Source of the DNA: an uncultured Anaerolineaceae bacterium
GTDB taxonomy: Bacteria > Chloroflexota > Anaerolineae > Anaerolineales > E44-bin32
Direction of reading: 5' to 3'
Length of the DNA stretch: 64,000 bases
Assembly: GCA_964388955.1 (NCBI GenBank)
Contig: CAYMCO010000015.1
Span: 21,266-85,265 of the forward strand
The notes beneath the pieces are model-generated. The model made no database searches. It was given only the letters and a program-made list of their open reading frames with translations, and had not been told where the DNA came from. The translations under genes and the position numbers were made by a program. Within the stretch, counting starts at the first letter, position 1, and each line of letters opens with the position of its first letter. Positions 46,656 to 54,935 of the stretch are shown here, in pieces.

Positions 46656-47528
46656 GTGAATATCATTGAGGTCAGCCATCTGACAAAATACTATGGCAAA
46701 TCCCGGGGCATCGTGGATGTCTCCTTCAATGTCGCGGAGGGCGAGATCTTCGGATTCATCGGGCCGAACGGCGCCGGAAAATCGACCACCATCCGGCTGC
46801 TGCTCGCTCTGATCTACCCCACATCCGGAACGGCAAAGATCTTCGGTAAGGACTGCTTCCGATTCGGCCCTGAGATCCGGCAGGATATCGGTTACCTCCC
46901 CTCTGAGGTTTTCTACTACGAAGGTATGAAAGTCCTCGACCTGCTCCAGTACTCCGCTAGTTTCTATCACAAAGACTGTGCGCAGCGGCTGCACGAATTG
47001 GCCGATATCATGGAGCTGGACCTGAAGCGGCGCATCGATGATCTCTCATACGGCAACAAGAAGAAGGTCGGCATCGTGCAAGGCCTGCTCCACGAGCCAA
47101 GCGTGCTGCTGCTGGATGAGCCCACCAGCGGCCTCGACCCCCTGATGCAGCGCAAGTTCTTCGACCTCGTCCGGGAAGAGAATCGAAAGGGCGCTACCGT
47201 GTTCTTCTCCTCCCACATCCTGAGTGAGGTGCAGCGACTGTGCAGCCGGGTGGCGATCATCAAAGAGGGGAGCCTCATCGATCTCCAGGACATCAAGACG
47301 CTGCAGAAGGACACCTATAAGAAGATCCGCATCGAGGCGAAGGGGATCGACGAAGGGCGTTTTGCGATCGATGGCGTCATGAATCTGGAGAGGCAGGACG
47401 GAGCGGTCCGGTTCTTCTACAAGGGGAACATCAACACCATGTTGCGAATCATCAGCCAGCAAGAGGTGTCAGACGTCACCATCGAAGAGCCGACCCTCGA
47501 AGAAATCTTCATGCACTACTACGAGTAG
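46656..47528 (+). CDS. ABC transporter ATP-binding protein (ABC-2/LanF-BcrA type)
   Basis: GTG 46656. Walker A GPNGAGKST, signature LSYGNKKKVGIVQGL, Walker B LLLDEPTSGLD. Confidence 0.9.
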   Translation: MNIIEVSHLTKYYGKSRGIVDVSFNVAEGEIFGFIGPNGAGKSTTIRLLLALIYPTSGTAKIFGKDCFRFGPEIRQDIGYLPSEVFYYEGMKVLDLLQYSASFYHKDCAQRLHELADIMELDLKRRIDDLSYGNKKKVGIVQGLLHEPSVLLLDEPTSGLDPLMQRKFFDLVREENRKGATVFFSSHILSEVQRLCSRVAIIKEGSLIDLQDIKTLQKDTYKKIRIEAKGIDEGRFAIDGVMNLERQDGAVRFFYKGNINTMLRIISQQEVSDVTIEEPTLEEIFMHYYE

Positions 47529-47537
47529 GCAAAGAGC

Positions 47538-48338
47538 ATGAATATCTACCGGCGCGAATTGAAAATGCATCTGCGATCGCTGATCATCTGGTCCGCCTCC
47601 ATCGCGCTGACGATCCTGGTCTTCACGTCTATTTTTCCGGCCATCGCCAAAGACGCGGCGGTCCTGAAGGAGACCATGGCGCAGTTCCCCGAAGGACTGC
47701 TGATCGCCTTCGGAATGGCTGGGTTGGATCTCTCAACCGTCCTGGGATATTTCGGCTTCGTATTCCTATTCTGCCAGGTGCTGCTGGCGATCCAGGCGGC
47801 GAACTACGGCTTTTCCATGCTATCGATCGAGGAGCGGGAATTGACGGCCGATTTCCTGCTGGCAAAACCGGTGAGCCGCAGGCGAATCCTGCTCAGCAAG
47901 TTCTTCGCCGTGTTCACCGGGCTGACGATCACCAATCTGGTCGTCTGGATCAGCAGCTTTCTCTTCATCGGCCTGTTCAGCGGCGGAAAGAGCTATGAGT
48001 CGCGACCCCTTGTCCTTCTGCTCCTCAGCATCATCGCCTTCCAGCTGGTCTTCCTGACCACGGGCATGTTCATCTCGCTACTGGTCCGCCGGGTTAGAAG
48101 CGTGACCGCATTTTCCATGGCGCTGTCCTTCGGAGCGTACGTGTTGGCCGCCTTCGGGGGAATGCTCGGCGACGTCAAGCTGGAGCTCATAACGCCGTTC
48201 AAGCATTTCGACCCCAACTATATCGTCAGCCATCAAGCCTATGATCCGAAGGCCCTCATCAGCGTGGGGCTTATCGCTATCTCAGCCGTCGGCACCTATG
48301 TGCTGTACCAAAGAAGGGACATCCCCGCACCGGTGTAG
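47538..48338 (+). CDS. ABC-2 type permease
   Basis: 266 aa with six hydrophobic helices. MNIYRRELKMHLRSLIIWSASIAL is a typical ABC-2 N-terminus. Confidence 0.8.
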   Translation: MNIYRRELKMHLRSLIIWSASIALTILVFTSIFPAIAKDAAVLKETMAQFPEGLLIAFGMAGLDLSTVLGYFGFVFLFCQVLLAIQAANYGFSMLSIEERELTADFLLAKPVSRRRILLSKFFAVFTGLTITNLVVWISSFLFIGLFSGGKSYESRPLVLLLLSIIAFQLVFLTTGMFISLLVRRVRSVTAFSMALSFGAYVLAAFGGMLGDVKLELITPFKHFDPNYIVSHQAYDPKALISVGLIAISAVGTYVLYQRRDIPAPV

Positions 48339-48350
48339 GGAGAGGATAAG

Positions 48351-49145
48351 ATGAACATCACCTTGCGTGAACTCAAGGCCAACCTGAAGTCCTTGCTCAT
48401 TTGGGCTGGGATTGTGATCCTCTTCGCCGTTGTGGGCTTCGCCAAGTTCTCAGCATACGAGGGCAATCCGCAGCTCCTGGCAATCCTGAATGACATGCCG
48501 GCTGCGATTGTCGACGCCCTGAACCTCAGCGCCTTCAATTTGACCACGGTGACCGGTTTCTATGGTGCCATGTTCACCTATTTCGCGCTGATTCTGTCCA
48601 TTGGCGCCGCCATGTGGGGCAGCGATATTGTCTCCAAGGAGGAGCGGGACAAAACGGTTGAGTTCTCACTGACACTTCCCGTGCGAAGGAGCACGCTGGT
48701 GACGGCGAAGTCGCTCGCCGCGCTGGTCGACTGCATCGCGCTTCTACTGATCACCTGGGGGTCCATCCTCTATGGGGCCTCGCAATATCAGACAGACGCA
48801 CAGTTCTACGACTTTGTTACCCGATCGATGGTGGCGCTCTTTATCATGCAGTTGATCTTCCTGGCCGTCGGGTTATTCCTCGGATGCGCGATGCGGCACT
48901 ACAAGCGGGCCGGCTCCATCGCCGTATCGCTTCTGCTGGCGACGTACATCATCTCCGTCATCACCGGCCTGGATCCGCAACTAAACTTCCTGGGCTACCT
49001 CTCCCCCTTCACATATTTCGACCCCGGCGCGCTGCTTCGCGGGGCGGGCCTGGATCCCGGATACCTGCTGCTGTCCGGAGCCATCATCCTGGCGGCGATG
49101 ATCGGGGCGTATTGGTCCTATTCGCGCAGGGACCTGTACATTTAG
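48351..49145 (+). CDS. ABC-2 type permease (second subunit)
   Basis: 264 aa, MNITLRELKANLKSLLIWAGIVILF. It is a paralog of the preceding gene. Confidence 0.8.
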   Translation: MNITLRELKANLKSLLIWAGIVILFAVVGFAKFSAYEGNPQLLAILNDMPAAIVDALNLSAFNLTTVTGFYGAMFTYFALILSIGAAMWGSDIVSKEERDKTVEFSLTLPVRRSTLVTAKSLAALVDCIALLLITWGSILYGASQYQTDAQFYDFVTRSMVALFIMQLIFLAVGLFLGCAMRHYKRAGSIAVSLLLATYIISVITGLDPQLNFLGYLSPFTYFDPGALLRGAGLDPGYLLLSGAIILAAMIGAYWSYSRRDLYI

Positions 49146-49465
49146 CAGGGGCCGCGTTACGTCCTCGCCGGGACAGAGGCTGAATCGGAGTCCATCGCGG
49201 TCGCGCAGCGCCTGAGGGCAAACCGATCGCGATCGCGCTCGCTCTCGCTCCCACGCAAGGGCCCCTTCTCGGGGGAATGCCCGCGCCCGGGCGCGCGAAT
49301 TCTATGTCGGCTGGCCATCGAATTCGCTATTGGACGCCGGCCCGGGAAGAAGAGGGATGCGGCCAAGTAGGCCGCATTCAACACGGAGATGATGGCCGCC
49401 GGCGCCAGAGATGTGCCGCCGGTCCCCTTAGGAAGGGTAACCTGTGATGGCCGCCCCCGCATGGA

Positions 49466-50074
49466 TCAACCCTTGTCGGCTTCGCTTTCCTTTCCCTGAA
49501 CCAGGTAGGGGCGAAAGAGATGCCTCATGACGGCGACACCCTCCTTGATTCCGTCGGCATCCAGGGCCCGGCCGCTCAGCTCGAGATTCACGGGCCAGAA
49601 CTCACTGACCATCCAGCAAAGCTCGGTCAGTGCCATCACCTCCTGGGAGGTCTCCGGCCGAACCAAAACTCCTGCGCTGGCGAACGCCTCGATCAGGTAC
49701 ACGAATCCCTGGTAGCCGTCCCGGCGCACCTGTAGATAGCGGGCGTGCAACTTGCGATCGCTGCGCAGCAGGGCCGCCATCTCACGATAGGCGAACCGGT
49801 ACTCCCAGATGAGCCGGTAGTTGCTGGCGATCATGGCTTCGAAATCCGTCAACTCCGGGGGCCGATCTACCGGCAGCTCGAAAGTCTCACCCCAGGCGGC
49901 GAACAATCGCTCGAATAGAGCGCGGATGATATCTCCCTTGTTGCGGAAGTAGTAATACAGATTTCCCGGGCTGATATCAATCGCGGCCGCAATATGGTTG
50001 GTCGATATCGCGGCCGTGCCGCGCTCATTGAACAGCGCTAACGCCGAGTTGAGGATCCTGTCCCGTGTGTTCAT
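49466..50074 (-). CDS. TetR family transcriptional regulator
   Basis: RDRILNSALALFNERGTAAISTNHIAAAIDISPGNLYYYFRNKGDI is a TetR HTH. Confidence 0.9.
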   Translation of the reverse strand: MNTRDRILNSALALFNERGTAAISTNHIAAAIDISPGNLYYYFRNKGDIIRALFERLFAAWGETFELPVDRPPELTDFEAMIASNYRLIWEYRFAYREMAALLRSDRKLHARYLQVRRDGYQGFVYLIEAFASAGVLVRPETSQEVMALTELCWMVSEFWPVNLELSGRALDADGIKEGVAVMRHLFRPYLVQGKESEADKG

Positions 50075-50804
50075 AGACCGTACTCCTTGTCGGTCGGATC
50101 AGCACAACGCCCAGGGCGACCAGCCAGCCCAGCCACATCAGGCTTCCCACCAGCCCAGCGGGTGCCAGGACTGGAAAACCGGGGATCGCGGTCGCCAGCA
50201 GTTCGCCTTGCGCCAGCCCATACACCCCGGCGGCGGCGAATCCGGCCCATGGCAGCCATCGGGGAATTCTCCGCTGCTGAAGCAGACTCACGCTCAGCAG
50301 TATCATCCACAGAATCGTGAATATCTGACCAATGTGCTCACCCAAGACGACGCCCCCATATTGGTGCATCGCTTGAAACACCGCAACGGCCACTTCACGA
50401 GTCGCCGGGGTCGCCTCCGGCGAGGTGTACAACCTCGCCAGTGACGGCACAACAAACGGCCACCGCAGCAGGCCGATGATCTGCGCGACCGCACCGGACG
50501 CCCCGAAGAACATGGCCAGCTCCCCCGTGGCGCGGCCTGCTGATGAGGGGTCGTCTCCCGCCAGCGCGCGCGGCAGCCACAGGATGCCCAGCAGGATAGG
50601 CAGGCCCACCCAGGCAAAAGCCAGCCAGGTCCAGACCAGCCCGGGCCCACCGGCGGCAAAGCGGGTCAATATCTCACCCGCCGGCTCGCGCAGGATGTCA
50701 GGATAGTCGAAATCCATCATCAGCAGCGTGTAGGGGACGTTGACTGCGATTGCGCCCAGAATGAGCAGGGCACCGGTGATCCTACGGAAATGTTGCGCTC
50801 TCAT
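50025..50804 (-). CDS. DUF4386-like membrane protein (fifth family member, TetR-linked)
   Basis: MRAQHFRRITGALLILGAIAVNVPYTLLMMDFDYPDILREPAGEILTRF...IFTILWMILLSVSLLQQRRIPRWLPWAGF. It is the first gene of a two-gene operon with the TetR gene. Confidence 0.55.
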   Translation of the reverse strand: MRAQHFRRITGALLILGAIAVNVPYTLLMMDFDYPDILREPAGEILTRFAAGGPGLVWTWLAFAWVGLPILLGILWLPRALAGDDPSSAGRATGELAMFFGASGAVAQIIGLLRWPFVVPSLARLYTSPEATPATREVAVAVFQAMHQYGGVVLGEHIGQIFTILWMILLSVSLLQQRRIPRWLPWAGFAAAGVYGLAQGELLATAIPGFPVLAPAGLVGSLMWLGWLVALGVVLIRPTRSTVYEHTGQDPQLGVSAVQ

Positions 50805-50825
50805 GGTGAATGCTCCTCCAGATAA

Positions 50826-50863
50826 TAGAGTGTTTACTCTACTATTCTAGAGTATTTACTCTA
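50826..50863. promoter_or_regulatory. two tandem 16-bp palindromic operators (TetR-type)
   Basis: TAGAGT-GTTT-ACTCTA (50826-50841) and TAGAGT-ATTT-ACTCTA (50848-50863). Both have perfect 6-bp arms, with centres 22 bp apart. They begin 22 nt upstream of the start at 50804, in an AT-rich patch. Confidence 0.75.
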
Positions 50864-51232
50864 TTCTGTCAAGAGGCATTTTGGGAGAGAAATCTGAAGC
50901 GGATCTGGCCGGGCCCTGGCTTCGAGCGGTGGTGGGGGCGCCACCTCAGGGACATCCAACGGCGCATCACAGGAAACCAGCGCCAAGATGACGGTGCGCC
51001 TTCTGTCTCCACAACACCAAGAGCGGTGATGGGGAGCTGGGGCAGACGAGAAATCCAATCTGTGGACTTGGCTCTCATCGGAATGCCCAGAGCTTCCTCA
51101 CGGCGCGCCCCGATCTCAATTGACATTCGCGGCCGCTCCACTCTGGGGTTAGGGCAGAGGGGGGGAAGCGCCCGGCTGGGCGCTTCCTTGTTTGTTTGGC
51201 TTTCACTTTGGAGAAACGAAAACATGGTTCGA

Positions 51233-52744
51233 TCAGGCCGCCGGCACGCCCTCTTCGAGCGCCTTGGTCCTCTTCGCGCTGCGCTCCTCCACTAGCTGGT
51301 AGATGACGAAGGCAACAAGGCTTGCCAGGCTGATCCATCCGAGGATATCCCCGAGAGATGTGTAGAGGGTCCCCTCACCGGAGCCCATCCTGACGTCCCC
51401 CACCAGCACCACTTCCGAACCCTCTTTGTTCACATCCAGCGCGACCTGCCTGCCGTAGGGATCGATGATGGCGGCCACGCTGGTCGCGCCGGTGACGACC
51501 GCGGCGGTTCGGTTTTCAACCGCCCGGAAGGTGACATTCTGCCAAAGCTGCTCCCCGAATCCAGGGAACTCCTTATACGGAGCGGCAATTAGCTGCGCCC
51601 CATTCTGCACCAGCCCCCGGGAGACATCCGTATAGTTCCCGTCGGCGCAGATCAGGGACGCCATGCGGCCGAATGTGGTTTGGAAGACAGGGAAGGCACC
51701 TCCCGGGACATCATAGGCCTCGCCGGGAGGGATATGCGTCTTGTTGTAGACCTCGGAGAACTCACCTTCCGGGCTGAGCAGCACGGCCTGATTTCGCCGG
51801 GGGTGCCCCTCCCTGATATCCGAGTAGGAGATGAAGATGTATGCACCCGTGTCCGCGGCGATCTGGCGGAATTGTCGAGTAAACTCGACCTGCGGGTCGA
51901 AATTGAACATCATCTCAGAAGTGAAAAGCACCTGTGCCCCCTGAGCGGCTGCTTCTCGCGCCTGCCGTGCGAAGGTATCGAAGCGGACCTGCGAGGTATT
52001 TACCTCATCGCGGTGGGCCGGGAGCGGATAATCTGCCCGCAACGCGGCGGCTCGTATCGAGGGCAAGTCCGCCGGTGCAGCGTTTAGGATCCAGAGACTT
52101 GTCCCAATCCAGGCAGCCAAGATGATGCCCCCCATCATCAGCCAACTTCGCGCCAGCCCCACCCCCAGGGCCGGCCACTCTGATGCAGCGCGTTTCCGGT
52201 CATACCACGCGATCGCACCCTGTCCGAGGGCATAGTTGACCAGCATAATGAGCATGTTGAGCCCATAGACGCTGAGCACCGATACGGGCTGAATCAACCA
52301 TGCCTGCGTTGCCTGCGAATAGCCGATGAAGGCGCTCGTGGCGATGACCGGTATGAAGGTCGCACGGACCATCTCGAATCCCACCCAATTCACGACTCCC
52401 ATAACCACCAGCCAGCGGTATCCGGTGCGTTCGATGAACCCTCGCTCGCGATAGACGAGATACGACAGAATGGCCACCAGGACGCCAAGATAGGTGAAGA
52501 AGGGGCCGAACTCGGTACCAAAGAGCCTGGCCAGGTACGGGCCCAGCCAAACCAGCAGATAGATTGCAGGAGCGAGACTCGATTGCTTGGCCGGGAACAT
52601 CCGGTACTGGGCAAAAATGCCCGGTACAAAGGCGAACCAGGCCAGCCACCAGATTCCGTATGGCGGGAATGCCAGCAGGAGCATAACGCCGCTCAAGGCG
52701 GATAGCAGGATGCCGATCAGGAAACGTGCGCGCGCACTCATCAT
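51233..52744 (-). CDS. lnt: apolipoprotein N-acyltransferase
   Basis: An N-terminal polytopic domain (LLAFPPYGIWWLAWFAFVP) is followed by a CN-hydrolase domain. The E-K-C triad context is LFTSEMMF, YNKTHIPPGEAY, SLICADGNY. Confidence 0.8.
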   Translation of the reverse strand: MMSARARFLIGILLSALSGVMLLLAFPPYGIWWLAWFAFVPGIFAQYRMFPAKQSSLAPAIYLLVWLGPYLARLFGTEFGPFFTYLGVLVAILSYLVYRERGFIERTGYRWLVVMGVVNWVGFEMVRATFIPVIATSAFIGYSQATQAWLIQPVSVLSVYGLNMLIMLVNYALGQGAIAWYDRKRAASEWPALGVGLARSWLMMGGIILAAWIGTSLWILNAAPADLPSIRAAALRADYPLPAHRDEVNTSQVRFDTFARQAREAAAQGAQVLFTSEMMFNFDPQVEFTRQFRQIAADTGAYIFISYSDIREGHPRRNQAVLLSPEGEFSEVYNKTHIPPGEAYDVPGGAFPVFQTTFGRMASLICADGNYTDVSRGLVQNGAQLIAAPYKEFPGFGEQLWQNVTFRAVENRTAAVVTGATSVAAIIDPYGRQVALDVNKEGSEVVLVGDVRMGSGEGTLYTSLGDILGWISLASLVAFVIYQLVEERSAKRTKALEEGVPAA

Positions 52745-53065
52745 CGCCTCCTCATGAACTCCGATTGCATACCCACCTTATAGCAACACCACCTAGTCCG
52801 CATCGATCGAACGGTCGATTTGGGGGTTTAATCAGGGGTTTGAGTTTTCCACCTATCTTGCGCGGATATGCGCGCCTTGTTTCCCGTGCAATTCGATCAT
52901 CTTCCTCTTGATTCCTGACCCATGCGGGTCTAAGCTGGGTGCAGACCGACCGGATTTGATCGGATTGGCAATGGACTTCGCGTTCAGGAACATCTGAGCG
53001 GGCCCCAGCGAACCAACCTCCGTCCCGGAAGGTTCTCGCGGGCTGAGTGCGAGAGGAGGGTACAA

Positions 53066-53677
53066 ATGAGAACCCCCAAATGGCTGTATGATTTCATCTA
53101 CCGCCACGAGATCAACGCTTGGGATATCGGCCCGCGGAAGGAGTTGGTGGACTTCATCGAGAGCGGCCGAGTCCAGCCTTGCCGCACGATCTACCTCGGC
53201 AGCGGCACCGCGAAGAACGCCATATTTATGGCGCAGCGAGGCTTTGAAGTGACCGGCGTGGATTATTCGATGGAGGCAGTCCAACTCGGGCGCAGGCGGG
53301 CCCAAGAAGCTGGCGTTGACATTCGTTTCATCCAGGACGACCTCACAGACCTGCGCCACGTGACCGGGACCTTCGATTTGCTGGTCGATTTTGGCACCCT
53401 GGACGACCTCGGCGCCGAGGACCGCGCCCTATATGTGCAGAACGTGCTCCCGTTAGCCGCGCCGGGAAGCCTGTTCTTCTTGTGGGCCTTCGAATGGCCC
53501 AGCAGATGGCAGGATAGATTGAATCCCTTCCCGTTGAAATTGGATCCGGGTGAGGTGGAGCGTCGCTTCGGTGCGTGGTTTGATATCGAGTGCCTTTCCA
53601 GAAACCTAACCCCCGATCTCTCAGGATTTGAACCGGGCCAAGCGACCTACTTGATGTCCCGCAAGAAAGGAGCCTGA
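53066..53677 (+). CDS. class I SAM-dependent methyltransferase
   Basis: Motif I is TIYLGSGTAKNAIFMAQRGFEVTGVDYS. Length is 203 aa. GAGAGGAGGG lies upstream of ATG 53066. Confidence 0.8.
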   Translation: MRTPKWLYDFIYRHEINAWDIGPRKELVDFIESGRVQPCRTIYLGSGTAKNAIFMAQRGFEVTGVDYSMEAVQLGRRRAQEAGVDIRFIQDDLTDLRHVTGTFDLLVDFGTLDDLGAEDRALYVQNVLPLAAPGSLFFLWAFEWPSRWQDRLNPFPLKLDPGEVERRFGAWFDIECLSRNLTPDLSGFEPGQATYLMSRKKGA

Positions 53678-54267
53678 TCTGGCGAGGCGAGAACCGATCC
53701 GCTGGAGCGGGATCCCCAGCGTGCCGGCGGGCCTTTGGACAGTTGCGATCGCGTTTGTGCCAGAAGGCTCCGCCCAAGTGTGGGCTTAGGCACTGGGAAC
53801 CATCTTGATGATCTTCACCCCTATCGGGGTCTGCGGGGCCCAGGTTGAGGAGAGCGGCATATGGGGGCTGGTTGGCGTCGTGGGAGGGATAGTAGGCGCG
53901 GTCTCTTTTTGTGACCCAGGCCAGCCCCCGGACTCCACGCCGGCGAATGCGGCCGCAAGATTCCTGCCTAAGAACGTCAATCGACGCAAGCTTCTTCGAT
54001 GATGCCAGCCGTGATCGAAGAAACCAAGGCAAATTGCCCATGTTTCGAACAATCGACGGCCCTGGGCGCCAAGCCAGCCCTCTGGCCCCGGCCGGCCAGG
54101 GAGACGACCGGATCACGGGGGCGGCCGCCGCCCGGGGACGGGTGGGAGCCGGGCAGCAACCTCGATCCGTTTCGGCCCCTGCCCGCTCGGGGGTTACCCT
54201 GGCGGCCATCCGCTCTTCTTTGGGCACAAATTCGATGTCAAAGCCCGAATCCGTGGCCCGGCGCCGC

Positions 54268-54930
54268 TCAGATTCTGTCCAGCCCGGCGTCGCGGGCTTT
54301 GATGATCGCCTGCGCCCGATCGGCCACCTGGAGCTTGCTGAATATGTTGGTCACATAGTTGCGCACAGTCTTGTCGGTGATCACCAGCTTCTCCGCGATC
54401 TGGCGATTCTGGTCCCCTTGGGCAATCAACTCCAACACCTCCAGCTCGCGGGGTGTAAGCTCGGGAAAGGCGTCCTCCGGCAGGGACCCCTGGAACTCCG
54501 CCCGGCCCTGGCTGAAGAAGCGCATGATCCGGCTTGCGATCGCCGGTCCGAAAAGCGCTTGACCCTTGGAGACGCCCCTTATTGTCTCCAGTAGCTCATC
54601 CGGTTGGGCGCCTTTGAGCACGTAGCCGCGCGCCCCGGCCCGCATGGCTGAGAACACGGACGCATCATCCTCGAGCATGGTGACCATCACGATTCCTGCG
54701 GAGGGGTTTTTCCGCAGGATGCCGCGCGTCGCCTCAACGCCGCTCAACCCCGGCATATCGATGTCCATGAGAATCACGTCCGGCTGCAACTCCTCCACCC
54801 GATCAATGGCTTCCTGCCCCGATACCGCCTCCCCCACGAGCTCAATATCCGGGATGGCAGAGAAAAGGGCGCGCAGGCCCTCCCGGAACAGGGCGTGGTC
54901 GTCCACAATCAGCAAGCGTATCGATTCCAT
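54268..54930 (-). CDS. NarL/LuxR-family response regulator
   Basis: LLIVDDHALFREGL...DVILMDIDMPGLSG. C-terminal HTH LTPRELEVLELIAQGDQNRQIAEKLVITDKTVRNYVTNIFSKLQV. Confidence 0.9.
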   Translation of the reverse strand: MESIRLLIVDDHALFREGLRALFSAIPDIELVGEAVSGQEAIDRVEELQPDVILMDIDMPGLSGVEATRGILRKNPSAGIVMVTMLEDDASVFSAMRAGARGYVLKGAQPDELLETIRGVSKGQALFGPAIASRIMRFFSQGRAEFQGSLPEDAFPELTPRELEVLELIAQGDQNRQIAEKLVITDKTVRNYVTNIFSKLQVADRAQAIIKARDAGLDRI

Positions 54931-54935
54931 GATTT

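Noticed and set aside
52796-52834. Possible seventh, degenerate motif copy upstream of lnt (GTCCGCATCGATCGAACGGTCGATTTGGGGGTTTAATC), plus TGCATACCC at 52767-52775
   Set aside because: Only the GGGGGTTTAA half and scattered positions match, and the TGTCATACCCC half is not recognisable. This is too weak to call without a statistical scan.
53343-54227. 294-aa - strand ORF (and overlapping + ORFs 53911..54594, 53999..54358)
   Set aside because: It is extremely Arg/Pro/Gly/Ala-rich, overlaps the 3' end of the methyltransferase gene, and has no SD or motifs. It is a typical GC-rich spurious frame. The 53.7-54.26 kb interval may hold a decayed gene, but I cannot support a call.
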